Origin: a bacterium
Lineage (GTDB): Bacteria > SAR324 > XYD2-FULL-50-16
Direction: 5' to 3'
NCBI GenBank assembly: GCA_032250835.1
Contig: JAVVEA010000024.1
Span: 1-41,484, forward strand
Length of the DNA stretch: 41,484 nt
The notes beneath the pieces are model-generated. The model was given only the letters and a program-made list of their open reading frames with translations, did no database searches and was not told the DNA's origin. This document shows, piece after piece, positions 1-7,990 of the stretch. Positions within the stretch are counted from its first letter, which is position 1; every line of letters starts with the position of its first letter. The translations under genes and the position numbers were made by a program.

Positions 1-148
1 CTAAATCGAGGTTCGTTACCGCAATTCAGAAATAACGCCTAATTCAAATTTTGTCTGAACTTTTCGGTCCACTATAAAGGTCACCCCTGGGTTGGGAGAG
101 TACTCATCCCATGATACGCCTCCATATTAGATTGATTTTGCCTATCTA

Positions 149-436
149 ATGTCATACAATCTAAACATGAAGAAACAATCCTTACGCTGGAGCGACGACA
201 AAAATGAATGGTTGATCGCCGAGAGGGGGATCTCCTTTGAAGAATTGGCGCAAGCAATACAATCGGGAGCCCTGCTGGACGACATCAAACACCCTACGAA
301 GGAACACCAACGGGTTTTGCTGGTTTGGTGTCAGAATTACGTTTGGGCGGTGCCCTATGTGAAACAGGAAGAGGGTGTTTTCTTTAAAACCGCGTTCAAA
401 AGCAGAAAGTACAACCAGAGGTACGGACATGAGTGA
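149..436 (+). CDS. brnT: BrnT/DUF497-like (RelE-fold) toxin; true start may be the ATG at 167
   Basis: W-x-x-x-K-N-x-x-L-x-x-E-R-G-I-S-F-E N-terminal motif and C-terminal KTAFKSRK; overlaps the downstream antitoxin-like ORF by 8 bp. Confidence 0.75.
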   Translation: MSYNLNMKKQSLRWSDDKNEWLIAERGISFEELAQAIQSGALLDDIKHPTKEHQRVLLVWCQNYVWAVPYVKQEEGVFFKTAFKSRKYNQRYGHE

Positions 437-701
437 GGTCAAACAAAAGCCTTTCGATGAAGCAGAGGCTGAGTTGATGGAATCCCTTGAGCATGACGAG
501 TGGGTTTCAAACCCTCAGTTTTCGAAAACCGAGTGGAAGCATATGGCTGAAGAGGCCTTGAAAAAGTCAGCTAAGGTCAACCTTCGCTTAGCGCCGAATG
601 ACCTAGAAGGAATTAAGGCGAAGGCTGCTCGGGCCGGATTGGGATACCAAACCTATATCAGCATGATCTTGCACAAACATGTGACCGGGCAAGAAATCTA
701 G
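429..701 (+). CDS. CopG/BrnA-like ribbon-helix-helix antitoxin
   Basis: ATG at 429 lies inside the toxin 3' end; C-terminal VNLRLAPNDLEGIKAKAARAGLGYQTYISMILH is an RHH antitoxin pattern. Confidence 0.75.
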   Translation: MSEVKQKPFDEAEAELMESLEHDEWVSNPQFSKTEWKHMAEEALKKSAKVNLRLAPNDLEGIKAKAARAGLGYQTYISMILHKHVTGQEI

Positions 702-823
702 CCTGTTTGGCCTGTTCGGCCCAGGTTACCCTTGCTTAACCTTTGTACGTGGGGGATTGGTCGGGAGCGGGGTCCCTGAATCATTCGGAGGGGCTTAAAA
801 AACTCTTAAGTCATTGAAATTGA

Positions 824-900
824 TGGCGGGGTTGACGGGACTCGAACCCGCGGCCTCTAGCGTGACAGGCTAGCGTTATAACCAACTTAACTACAACCCC
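824..900 (-). tRNA. tRNA-Asp(GTC)
   Basis: Reverse complement is GGGGTTGTAGTTAAGTTGGTTATAACGCTAGCCTGTCACGCTAGAGGCCGCGGGTTCGAGTCCCGTCAACCCCGCCA; full cloverleaf, anticodon GTC, CCA encoded. Confidence 0.97.
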
Positions 901-923
901 GTAATGCGACTTCCAACGAGCGG

Positions 924-999
924 TGGTGGGCGGTATTGGACTTGAACCAACGACCTACGGCTTGTGACGCCGCCGCTCTACCAGCTGAGCTAACCGCCC
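924..999 (-). tRNA. tRNA-Val(CAC)
   Basis: Reverse complement is GGGCGGTTAGCTCAGCTGGTAGAGCGGCGGCGTCACAAGCCGTAGGTCGTTGGTTCAAGTCCAATACCGCCCACCA; anticodon loop GT-CAC-AA, CCA encoded. Confidence 0.92.
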
Positions 1000-1014
1000 G
1001 CAGCGGAATATCGC

Positions 1015-1043
1015 ATTAGAGCAGCGCGTCTTTTATTTGTCAA
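1015..1043 (-). promoter_or_regulatory. sigma70 promoter of the tRNA-Val/tRNA-Asp pair
   Basis: Minus strand TTGACA (1043-1038), 17-bp spacer, TCTAAT (1020-1015), 15 bp upstream of tRNA-Val. Confidence 0.75.
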
Positions 1044-1078
1044 TCAGATTGCAGCGGTTTTCTTGTCCTTTCCCCGCC

Positions 1079-1427
1079 CCCTGGGCGCTTGGGTCGCAAG
1101 GCGCTTTAGCCAAAGCTCAATTCCCCTTTATCGTTGGGCCTTCGCCCCTCCCCTGCCGGTTGGCTTGGGTTGTTAGCGGTGGTTTTCTTGCAGCGGCCCT
1201 GGGCGCTTGGGTTGCAAAGCGCTTTAGCCAAAGCCCAATTCCTCCTTGTCTTTGGGCCTTCGCCTCTCCCCAACCGGTTGGCTTGGGGTGTTGGCGGTGG
1301 TTTTCTTGCAGCGGCCCTGACTCCTTGGCCCCCTTGGGGCGGGCCTTTGGTGGCAAGGCGCTTAAGCCGAATCCTAATTCCTCCTTGTCTTTGGTCTTTT
1401 GGCGTTCCCCTACTTGTTGGCTTGGGC
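1079..1427. repeat. Imperfect 118-bp tandem repeat, two full copies plus a degenerate third
   Basis: Unit starting CCCTGGGCGCTTGGGT at 1079 and 1197, with CCCTG again at 1315; AATTCCTCCTTGTCTTTGG and TTGGCTTGGG blocks recur up to about 1427. Confidence 0.85.
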
Positions 1428-1476
1428 TTTAATCTGTTAGAATGGTTCTCAAAACCCCGTAACTTGAGGACCGGCC

Positions 1477-3129
1477 ATGAAAGCCTCTGATCTGTTTGTT
1501 AAGTGTTTGGAAGAAGAAGGTATTGAGTATATCTTCGGTGTGCCCGGTGAGGAAAACGCCGATTTTATGATCTCCCTAGAGGCTTCCAAAACCGTCAAGT
1601 TCGTTTTGACCCGGCACGAGCAGGGCGCGGCGTTTATGGCCGAGGTATACGGGCGGCTGACCGGCAACCCGGCGGGCTGTCTGGGTACCTTAGGCCCCGG
1701 CTCGACTAACTTGATCACCGGCGTCGCCGACGGGAACATGGACCACTCCCCCATGCTGGTACTGACCGGGCAAGGCTCGACCAAGCGGCTGCATAAGGAA
1801 AGCCATCAGGTGATGGACGTGGTGGGGATGTTCGAGCCCGTCACCAAATGGTCCACCACCGTGCGCCATGCCGACAACATCCCCGAACTGGTCCGCAAGG
1901 CCGTAAGATTGGCGCGTACAGAAAAGCCGGGGGCCTGCCATATCGAGCTGCCCGAAGACATCGCCAAAAACCCGACCGAAGAGCGGCCCATCCCGCCGCG
2001 CCGCTTCCGCCGCCCGGTCCCGGACGACAAAGTAACCGATCAGGCCTGGGATATCCTTAAACGAGCCAAAAAGCCGGTGATCTTAGCGGGCAACGGCTGC
2101 ATCCGCAAGCGGGCGAGCAAGCAACTGCGAAAGTTCTGTGAGCTGACCCAAATCCCGGTGGTTAGTACCTTCATGGCTAAGGGTTGTGTGGATATGGACG
2201 CCGATTATTGCCTCTTTACCATTGGTCTGCAAGCCAAAGACATCATTGCCTGCACCCTTGACGAGGCGGACTTGGTTCTGACCTTGGGTTACGACATGGT
2301 CGAGTACCACCCGAGCTTTTGGAACGCGAACCGCTCGAAGGTGATCTTACATGCTGACTTCGTTCCCGCCGAGATTGACGACCATTACCTCCCCCAAAAG
2401 GAGCTGGTCGGCGATTTGGCCCATACCCTCTGGATGCTCAACGAGCGGGCCCAGCGCGACCCCCGCGACTGTGGGCAAGCGGGGCACCATCTGGCGGTGC
2501 GTCGCGAGATGTTGGCAGAATTTGCGCAATATAAAGACGACCTAACCACCGGGACCATCAAGCCCCAAAAGGTGCTCTGGGATGTGCGCCAAGAGATGGG
2601 GCCCGAAGATATTGTGCTTTCCGACGTAGGTGCGCACAAAATGTGGATCGCCCGGTATTATCAATGCCATGAGCCCAACACTTGCCTGATCCCCAATGGC
2701 TTTTGCAGTATGGGCTTTGCGCTGCCCGGCGCGATTGCCGCCGCGCTGGTCCACCCGGACCGGAAGATTCTGGCCATCTGCGGTGACGGCGGTTTTTTGA
2801 TGAACGTGCAGGAGATGGAAACCGCCAAGCGCCTGGGCGTGAAGATGGTGGTGATGGTCTGGCAAGACGGCGGGTACGGCCTGATTTCCTGGAAACAGCA
2901 AAACCAATTTAGCCAACATACGGACCTCAGCTTCAGCAACCCCGACTGGCTCAAACTGGCCGAGGCTTTCGGGTGGGGCGGTTATTGGGTGGAAAAGAGC
3001 CAAGACTTGGCCCCCACCCTGGCCCAGGCCTTTGCCGACGACGGGCCTAGCCTGTTGGTGTTACCCATCGACTACCGGGAAAACCTCAAACTCACCGAAC
3101 GCTTGGGCAACATCGTGTGCCCAATTTAA
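1477..3129 (+). CDS. ilvB: Acetolactate synthase large subunit-like thiamine-diphosphate enzyme
   Basis: IFGVPGEEN, RHEQGAAFMA, GPG and the TPP motif GDGGFLMN; GAGG RBS; extended -10 TGtTAGAAT at 1435-1443; no small-subunit gene adjacent. Confidence 0.85.
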   Translation: MKASDLFVKCLEEEGIEYIFGVPGEENADFMISLEASKTVKFVLTRHEQGAAFMAEVYGRLTGNPAGCLGTLGPGSTNLITGVADGNMDHSPMLVLTGQGSTKRLHKESHQVMDVVGMFEPVTKWSTTVRHADNIPELVRKAVRLARTEKPGACHIELPEDIAKNPTEERPIPPRRFRRPVPDDKVTDQAWDILKRAKKPVILAGNGCIRKRASKQLRKFCELTQIPVVSTFMAKGCVDMDADYCLFTIGLQAKDIIACTLDEADLVLTLGYDMVEYHPSFWNANRSKVILHADFVPAEIDDHYLPQKELVGDLAHTLWMLNERAQRDPRDCGQAGHHLAVRREMLAEFAQYKDDLTTGTIKPQKVLWDVRQEMGPEDIVLSDVGAHKMWIARYYQCHEPNTCLIPNGFCSMGFALPGAIAAALVHPDRKILAICGDGGFLMNVQEMETAKRLGVKMVVMVWQDGGYGLISWKQQNQFSQHTDLSFSNPDWLKLAEAFGWGGYWVEKSQDLAPTLAQAFADDGPSLLVLPIDYRENLKLTERLGNIVCPI

Positions 3130-3269
3130 GGTGAATTCCGGCTTGAGTCGCAACAAAAAGCCTTTTCAGTCAAATGCCTAGGGACTTGCCCCGGTTGACC
3201 TTTGAGCCTGCGCTGCCTTAGAATAGCCACCTAAGCGTAAATTAAAAGGCCTGATCATGAGGGGGTGCG

Positions 3270-3656
3270 ATGGCTGAGGAAATGGATATGACACCCATAT
3301 TGGTCGTTGATGACCAATCGGCCATGCGGCGGATCATTAAAAATCAATTAAAATCAGCTGGATACGGGTCTGTTGACGAGGCGGGCAGCGGGGCCGCAGC
3401 ATTGGCGCGACTAGCGGAAGTCCACTATGCTCTGGTGATCTTAGACTGGACGATGCCCGGAATGACGGGCATTGAAGTACTCGAAGAAATCCGTCGGCGT
3501 CCCGAGTTGCAAAGGATCAAGGTGGTTATGGTTACCGCAGAAGGCCTGCGAGAAAACGTATTAAAAGCGGTGCAAGCCGGGGCCAATAATTATGTGGTAA
3601 AACCCTTTTCTCCGGCGGCTTTGATCGAGCGGATCAATGAAACGCTAGGCGGCTAA
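3270..3656 (+). CDS. cheY: CheY-like single-domain response regulator
   Basis: ILVVDD, phospho-acceptor LDWTMP, VTAE, YVVKPF; upstream TTGACC-18-TAGAAT (3195-3224). Confidence 0.85.
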   Translation: MAEEMDMTPILVVDDQSAMRRIIKNQLKSAGYGSVDEAGSGAAALARLAEVHYALVILDWTMPGMTGIEVLEEIRRRPELQRIKVVMVTAEGLRENVLKAVQAGANNYVVKPFSPAALIERINETLGG

Positions 3657-3658
3657 CC

Positions 3659-5428
3659 TTAGGTGTGCCAAGGAAGGGTGATCTGGAAGCTAGTGCCCTG
3701 CTGTAACCGGCTGGTGATCCCAATCTGGCCGCCAATAGTACCCAACGCCTGACGCACCGCATGCATGCCCACCCCTCTGCCGGAAACTTGGGTCACCGAA
3801 CCTGCGGTGGACAAGCCGGGATGGAAGATCAATTGATATAATTCCGGCTCCGTCAATTCTTGGCCTTCCTCTAAAAGCCCCGCTTGAATCGCCTTACCTA
3901 AGATTTTGGTGGCATCCAAGCCTGCGCCGTCGTCTTCAAAATTCAGGTAAATTCCTTGGCTATCTGAAGAGGCATCAATAAAAATTTTCCCTGCCGGTGG
4001 CTTGCCTGCCGCTAATCTGTCGTCAGGCGATTCAATCCCGTGGTCTACTGCATTGCGGACTAGGTGGATCAGGGTCGAGAGCGGGTCTAACATGACTCTG
4101 GGGATCATTAAGTCCGTTTGGCGCTGCTCAAATTCGATCTCTTTACCCAACTCGGCCGCCAGATTTTCTGCGGCTACCTGAAACCTTTGGGTCAGGGTTG
4201 AAAAGGGGTGGCTATCGGCCATTTCTACTATTTTCAGGCTAACATCCAACAATCCCTGGCCTAAAGCCGAGCGCAAGGTTTCGAATCGTTCCCTAGAAAG
4301 GACTACGCCTTCTAAACGGACCCGCAATTCCGGTGGGATCGATTCCAGATAGCCTCTGGCCGTTTCAACGAAACTTAGGAATAGGTTCAGCGAGTCGGCT
4401 TGGACCGAGCCTGTTTTAAGCTCTTCTTCAAGCTGGTGGCATTGGTGGCTCAGTTCGGAAAAGTCGAGGAGTCCGGCGATGCCCTTGAGGGTGTGCAGGT
4501 TGGCCTTTAGGTCTTGGGGTTCTTCTTGTAATCCCTCGATGACCGCATTGCAGAGCTGCAAAACCGAAAAATAGGCCTCGGGATCGGCAAAGATGCGTTG
4601 CTTGCGGCGTTCCTCGCGCTCTAGCGTTTCTAATAATTTTTGGCTGGTGATGTCGATCAACCCGACATCCAGCCCGGTCACCATGCCTGAACTATCTATA
4701 CAGGAATAATAACAAAGCTCATAGGTGCGCTTGCGCGGGCCCTGCCCAAAGGTGACTTCTCTAGGCAAAATGGACTGGATCATCCGCCGTTGGCTCTCGT
4801 CCAGTTTGGGGTCAAAGAGCAATTCGAATCCTTCCCACTCCCGCTGAAACCCCGGTGACAAACTTTCCATCACCTCATCAAAGCGCTTAAAACGGACTTC
4901 ATAGACCTCTTTTGCACCCAGGTATTCTAGGCACTTCTTCGAAATATCGGCGGTGATGCAGCCCTGTGAATCGATTTTTACAAGCCCCTGGGGCGTGTGC
5001 TGCAACGATTCGGCAAGGCGCAGGCCGAGTTCGAGGCGGCGTTGGCCGGTGGATTTAAGCAGTTTTAATAACGTTTTGCGGGGGACCACTTCTTGAAACC
5101 TGTCGTGGGAAATCACCAGGGCCTCTAGGTCTTCTTCGGCCCGTACCGTTGCCGAAGCGGGTTCGTCTAAGAGCGTGCCCATTTCGCCTAAAAAGTCCCC
5201 AGACTTTCGGTAGGCCACCACTTCGCCGGAGACTAAGATCCCGGCGATACCTTGGCGGATTAAAATAAACCAAGGAACGGGCTGCCCTGCTTCTAACATC
5301 AGCTCGCCTTTATTAAAACACTTAACCTCAAAGGATTCGGCCATGTGTTCCAATGCAACGTTCCCCAGGCCTTCAAATAAAGAGATATGGGCAAGGGATT
5401 CAGATATCTGGGGCATAAAAACATTCAT
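3659..5428 (-). CDS. CheA-like kinase: cNMP-binding domain, PAS-like linker, Hpt, HATPase_c; no CheW domain
   Basis: N-terminal GDFLGEM..PASATVRA; Hpt LHTLKGIAG; CheA-type HLVRNAVDHGIE, DDGAG, VSGRGVGM; ends immediately after the ATPase domain. Confidence 0.85.
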   Translation of the reverse strand: MNVFMPQISESLAHISLFEGLGNVALEHMAESFEVKCFNKGELMLEAGQPVPWFILIRQGIAGILVSGEVVAYRKSGDFLGEMGTLLDEPASATVRAEEDLEALVISHDRFQEVVPRKTLLKLLKSTGQRRLELGLRLAESLQHTPQGLVKIDSQGCITADISKKCLEYLGAKEVYEVRFKRFDEVMESLSPGFQREWEGFELLFDPKLDESQRRMIQSILPREVTFGQGPRKRTYELCYYSCIDSSGMVTGLDVGLIDITSQKLLETLEREERRKQRIFADPEAYFSVLQLCNAVIEGLQEEPQDLKANLHTLKGIAGLLDFSELSHQCHQLEEELKTGSVQADSLNLFLSFVETARGYLESIPPELRVRLEGVVLSRERFETLRSALGQGLLDVSLKIVEMADSHPFSTLTQRFQVAAENLAAELGKEIEFEQRQTDLMIPRVMLDPLSTLIHLVRNAVDHGIESPDDRLAAGKPPAGKIFIDASSDSQGIYLNFEDDGAGLDATKILGKAIQAGLLEEGQELTEPELYQLIFHPGLSTAGSVTQVSGRGVGMHAVRQALGTIGGQIGITSRLQQGTSFQITLPWHT

Positions 5429-5810
5429 GGTTAAACTCCAGGGTCAAGGCAAGGTCTATAAGTAATTCTACTGCCATTGAGGGGAGGTTTCAATGAGGCA
5501 TTGTTCCTAAATGTGTGGATTTATTACCAATTATTCCCGACTTACATCCTAAGGAAAGTAGACTAGCCAGAGGCGTGGTGATTTAAACTTGCGTCGGTGG
5601 GGATGCGTTGATGGAGCGGGGAATTGGGTCAGGCAAGAGACTATTTTTACTTTGTTTAGTAATCCATGGCTGATTGCAGTCAGGTAGATAGGCCCGGGTT
5701 CAGCGGTGAGTCCAAAAACGTTTTTAAGGTTGAAAGCTTAAGGGGAATGCCCTAAAATTGGGGCATAAGAAAAGCCGATTCTTAAGGACCAGTTTTTCGA
5801 AGGGGAACCG

Positions 5811-7571
5811 ATGAAGGCTTTGATGAACGCGCTCAGCCCGAGCCAGCAGGTCTGGTTCGCCGACCTGATGATCCAGGCGATCTGGGCGGACCAGCGGGTG
5901 GCGCTGAGGGAGTACGAATATTTTTTGCGTCTCGCCAGCAGTCTGGAAGACAAACTTTCTTCTTCGCGTTTGGTGCGCCGTTTGGAACGGGGCAACCCCC
6001 GCGCCCAGGCGATCCCGCGTGATTTCCCGAAGGAACTACTGCCCCAAATCTACATGGAAGTGGTCTCTCTGGTGGTTTGCGATTGGGACCTAGACCCCCG
6101 CGAACGCCGGTTTTTAGAAGACCTTTCGCGCCGTTTCGGTTTTGAGGCCAACTACCACGCCCACTTGATCGAATGGGCCGAACAGGGGCTAAGTTGGCAG
6201 GTGGCGGCCCGTAATTTTTTGCCCGAGTCCTTAGAACTCAAGCACAAATGGGTGCCCGTCCACCAGATGAGCCAAGCCCAACAGGTCTGGTACGCAGAGG
6301 TGCTGGTCGGGGTGATGCTGATTGACGGGATCACCGATCCTTTAGAGGTCAAGCTCCTCAAAAAAGCACTATATTTCTTACCGGCGGCCCACAAAAAACG
6401 CTTAACCGGGCATTTTACCAGCCGCCTCCGCCCGCCGTTGCTTTCGCCGCCTAGCTTGAACCGCGAGACGGTCTTTCAGGTGCTCTTTGAAGTGCTCGAA
6501 ATCATTGGCTTGAACGAAGAGATCAGCCCCAAAGAAGCGGACTTTTTGGGCGACTTTATCCGGGTATGCAATCTGCCCCGTGCCCTAGAACAACGGTGTC
6601 TAGACTGGTGTGAGCAGGGAATCTTCTGGCGGCAGCAACGCCGCGCCTTGGGCCATCAAGTCCGCTTCGCCAACGGGCCCGATGCGTTGCCCGTCGACCG
6701 GACCCTCTGGCGGCCCCATCCGCAAACCTCTCAGGTTTTGGTCCGGGAGCAGAGCTGTTTTATCTGCGGCGATCAGGCCCCTCCGGTCTTGGTACACCGC
6801 CTCAGCACCCAAGCCTCCAAAGGACGCAGCAACTTCTTTGGGGTGGTTTCTTATCCCTTGGAGCTGCTGGGCGAGTCGGCCGAAGCTGATTTCAACGGCC
6901 TGCGGGTGCATTTCTGCCCCAGTTGCCTCTTTGCCAGCCCCCGTAAGGAATTGTTCCGCGCCACCAGTGACGACGCGGTCCCCAGCCCCTTCTTGCAGGA
7001 AAGTTTTTTAAAGGAATGGCGCGATGGCAGCCAGCACCGGCTGCGGCTCGACCGCGCTTTGCTAAAAGAGCAAGGCAGCCTTGCCCCCTCGCCCCATTGG
7101 GTGCGCAGCCTCTACCAATTGGCCATCGATAGCCACAAATTGATGCTGAACCACCATGCCTCAGATGAAAACCGCTGGTCCCTGATTTCTCTGCAACTGA
7201 CCCTCGGGGAGCAGTTGATGAACCAAGGCCAACCCGAAGAGGCCGATGCCTGGGTGGAAGCGGCGGCCGACGAGGCCCGCCAGATGGTTTTAGCGGCCCA
7301 ATTGCAGCGTTGGCGGCTCAAGGCCCACCGCCTGCTCTTTAAAGTCGCCCTTTATCAAGGCGACAGCCGCGCTGCCGGGGCGGTGATCGACCAACTAGTC
7401 CGCCTGAGGATCGAAAAAGGAGCCTTAATGAACGAGGCAGACCGAAATTTGCTGGGCGCTACGCTCAGCGAATCTCGGCGCGATTTTGCGGAGCGCAACC
7501 GGTTCGCTAAGGAGCTATTGCAGGGCTTTCATCTCCGCGAAGCGCCGGGTAAAGCGATTCAGGAGGCCTGA
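5811..7571 (+). CDS. Tandem TerB-like repeats plus a DUF2225-like Zn-ribbon/helical domain (paralogue A)
   Basis: Duplicated QQVW(F/Y)A..(A/I)D....E modules; CFIC and CPSC cysteine pairs; helical TPR-like C-terminus. Confidence 0.6.
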   Translation: MKALMNALSPSQQVWFADLMIQAIWADQRVALREYEYFLRLASSLEDKLSSSRLVRRLERGNPRAQAIPRDFPKELLPQIYMEVVSLVVCDWDLDPRERRFLEDLSRRFGFEANYHAHLIEWAEQGLSWQVAARNFLPESLELKHKWVPVHQMSQAQQVWYAEVLVGVMLIDGITDPLEVKLLKKALYFLPAAHKKRLTGHFTSRLRPPLLSPPSLNRETVFQVLFEVLEIIGLNEEISPKEADFLGDFIRVCNLPRALEQRCLDWCEQGIFWRQQRRALGHQVRFANGPDALPVDRTLWRPHPQTSQVLVREQSCFICGDQAPPVLVHRLSTQASKGRSNFFGVVSYPLELLGESAEADFNGLRVHFCPSCLFASPRKELFRATSDDAVPSPFLQESFLKEWRDGSQHRLRLDRALLKEQGSLAPSPHWVRSLYQLAIDSHKLMLNHHASDENRWSLISLQLTLGEQLMNQGQPEEADAWVEAAADEARQMVLAAQLQRWRLKAHRLLFKVALYQGDSRAAGAVIDQLVRLRIEKGALMNEADRNLLGATLSESRRDFAERNRFAKELLQGFHLREAPGKAIQEA

Positions 7572-7978
7572 TGGCGGTGGACCGAAAGATTTGGATTCTG
7601 ATTGCCGATGAAGCCCCCGAAGCCCGCCGCATTTTGCGCGAAACCTTAGAAGAGCTTTATTTCGAGCATATCGAAGAGGCCGCAGACGGTGAAGACGCCT
7701 GGGATCAGCTCACCCAGGGGCATTTTGGGCTGGTGCTTTGTGAATGGCTTTTGCCGAGGCGCTCGGGCTTGGACCTGCTCGAAGCCATGCAGGCCGACGA
7801 AAATTTACGCAGCACCCCCTTGGTCTTGGTCACCACCGAGTCCGACGCCGAGACGGTCCAAAAGGCCGTCGCCGAAGGGGCCGCCGGGTTTGTGGTCAAG
7901 CCCTTCGACCACTTCACGCTAGGAGAGCAGCTCGAAGAAGCCTTCATCCGCCAAGCCAACCTCTTTCCTTTTCAGTAG
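7571..7978 (+). CDS. CheY-like receiver protein with Glu at the phospho-acceptor position
   Basis: ILIADE...LVLCEWLLP...VTTE...FVVKPF; TGATG stop/start overlap with the upstream gene. Confidence 0.8.
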   Translation: MAVDRKIWILIADEAPEARRILRETLEELYFEHIEEAADGEDAWDQLTQGHFGLVLCEWLLPRRSGLDLLEAMQADENLRSTPLVLVTTESDAETVQKAVAEGAAGFVVKPFDHFTLGEQLEEAFIRQANLFPFQ

Positions 7979-7990
7979 CCCCCTAGCCGC

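Noticed and set aside
1079-1427. CRISPR array
   Set aside because: Whole units repeat with no unique spacers, and there are no cas genes.
1037-1490. ORFs 1037-1432, 1117-1356 and 1134-1490
   Set aside because: They are translations of the 118-bp repeat with no RBS or protein-like features, and a 118-bp period does not preserve the reading frame.
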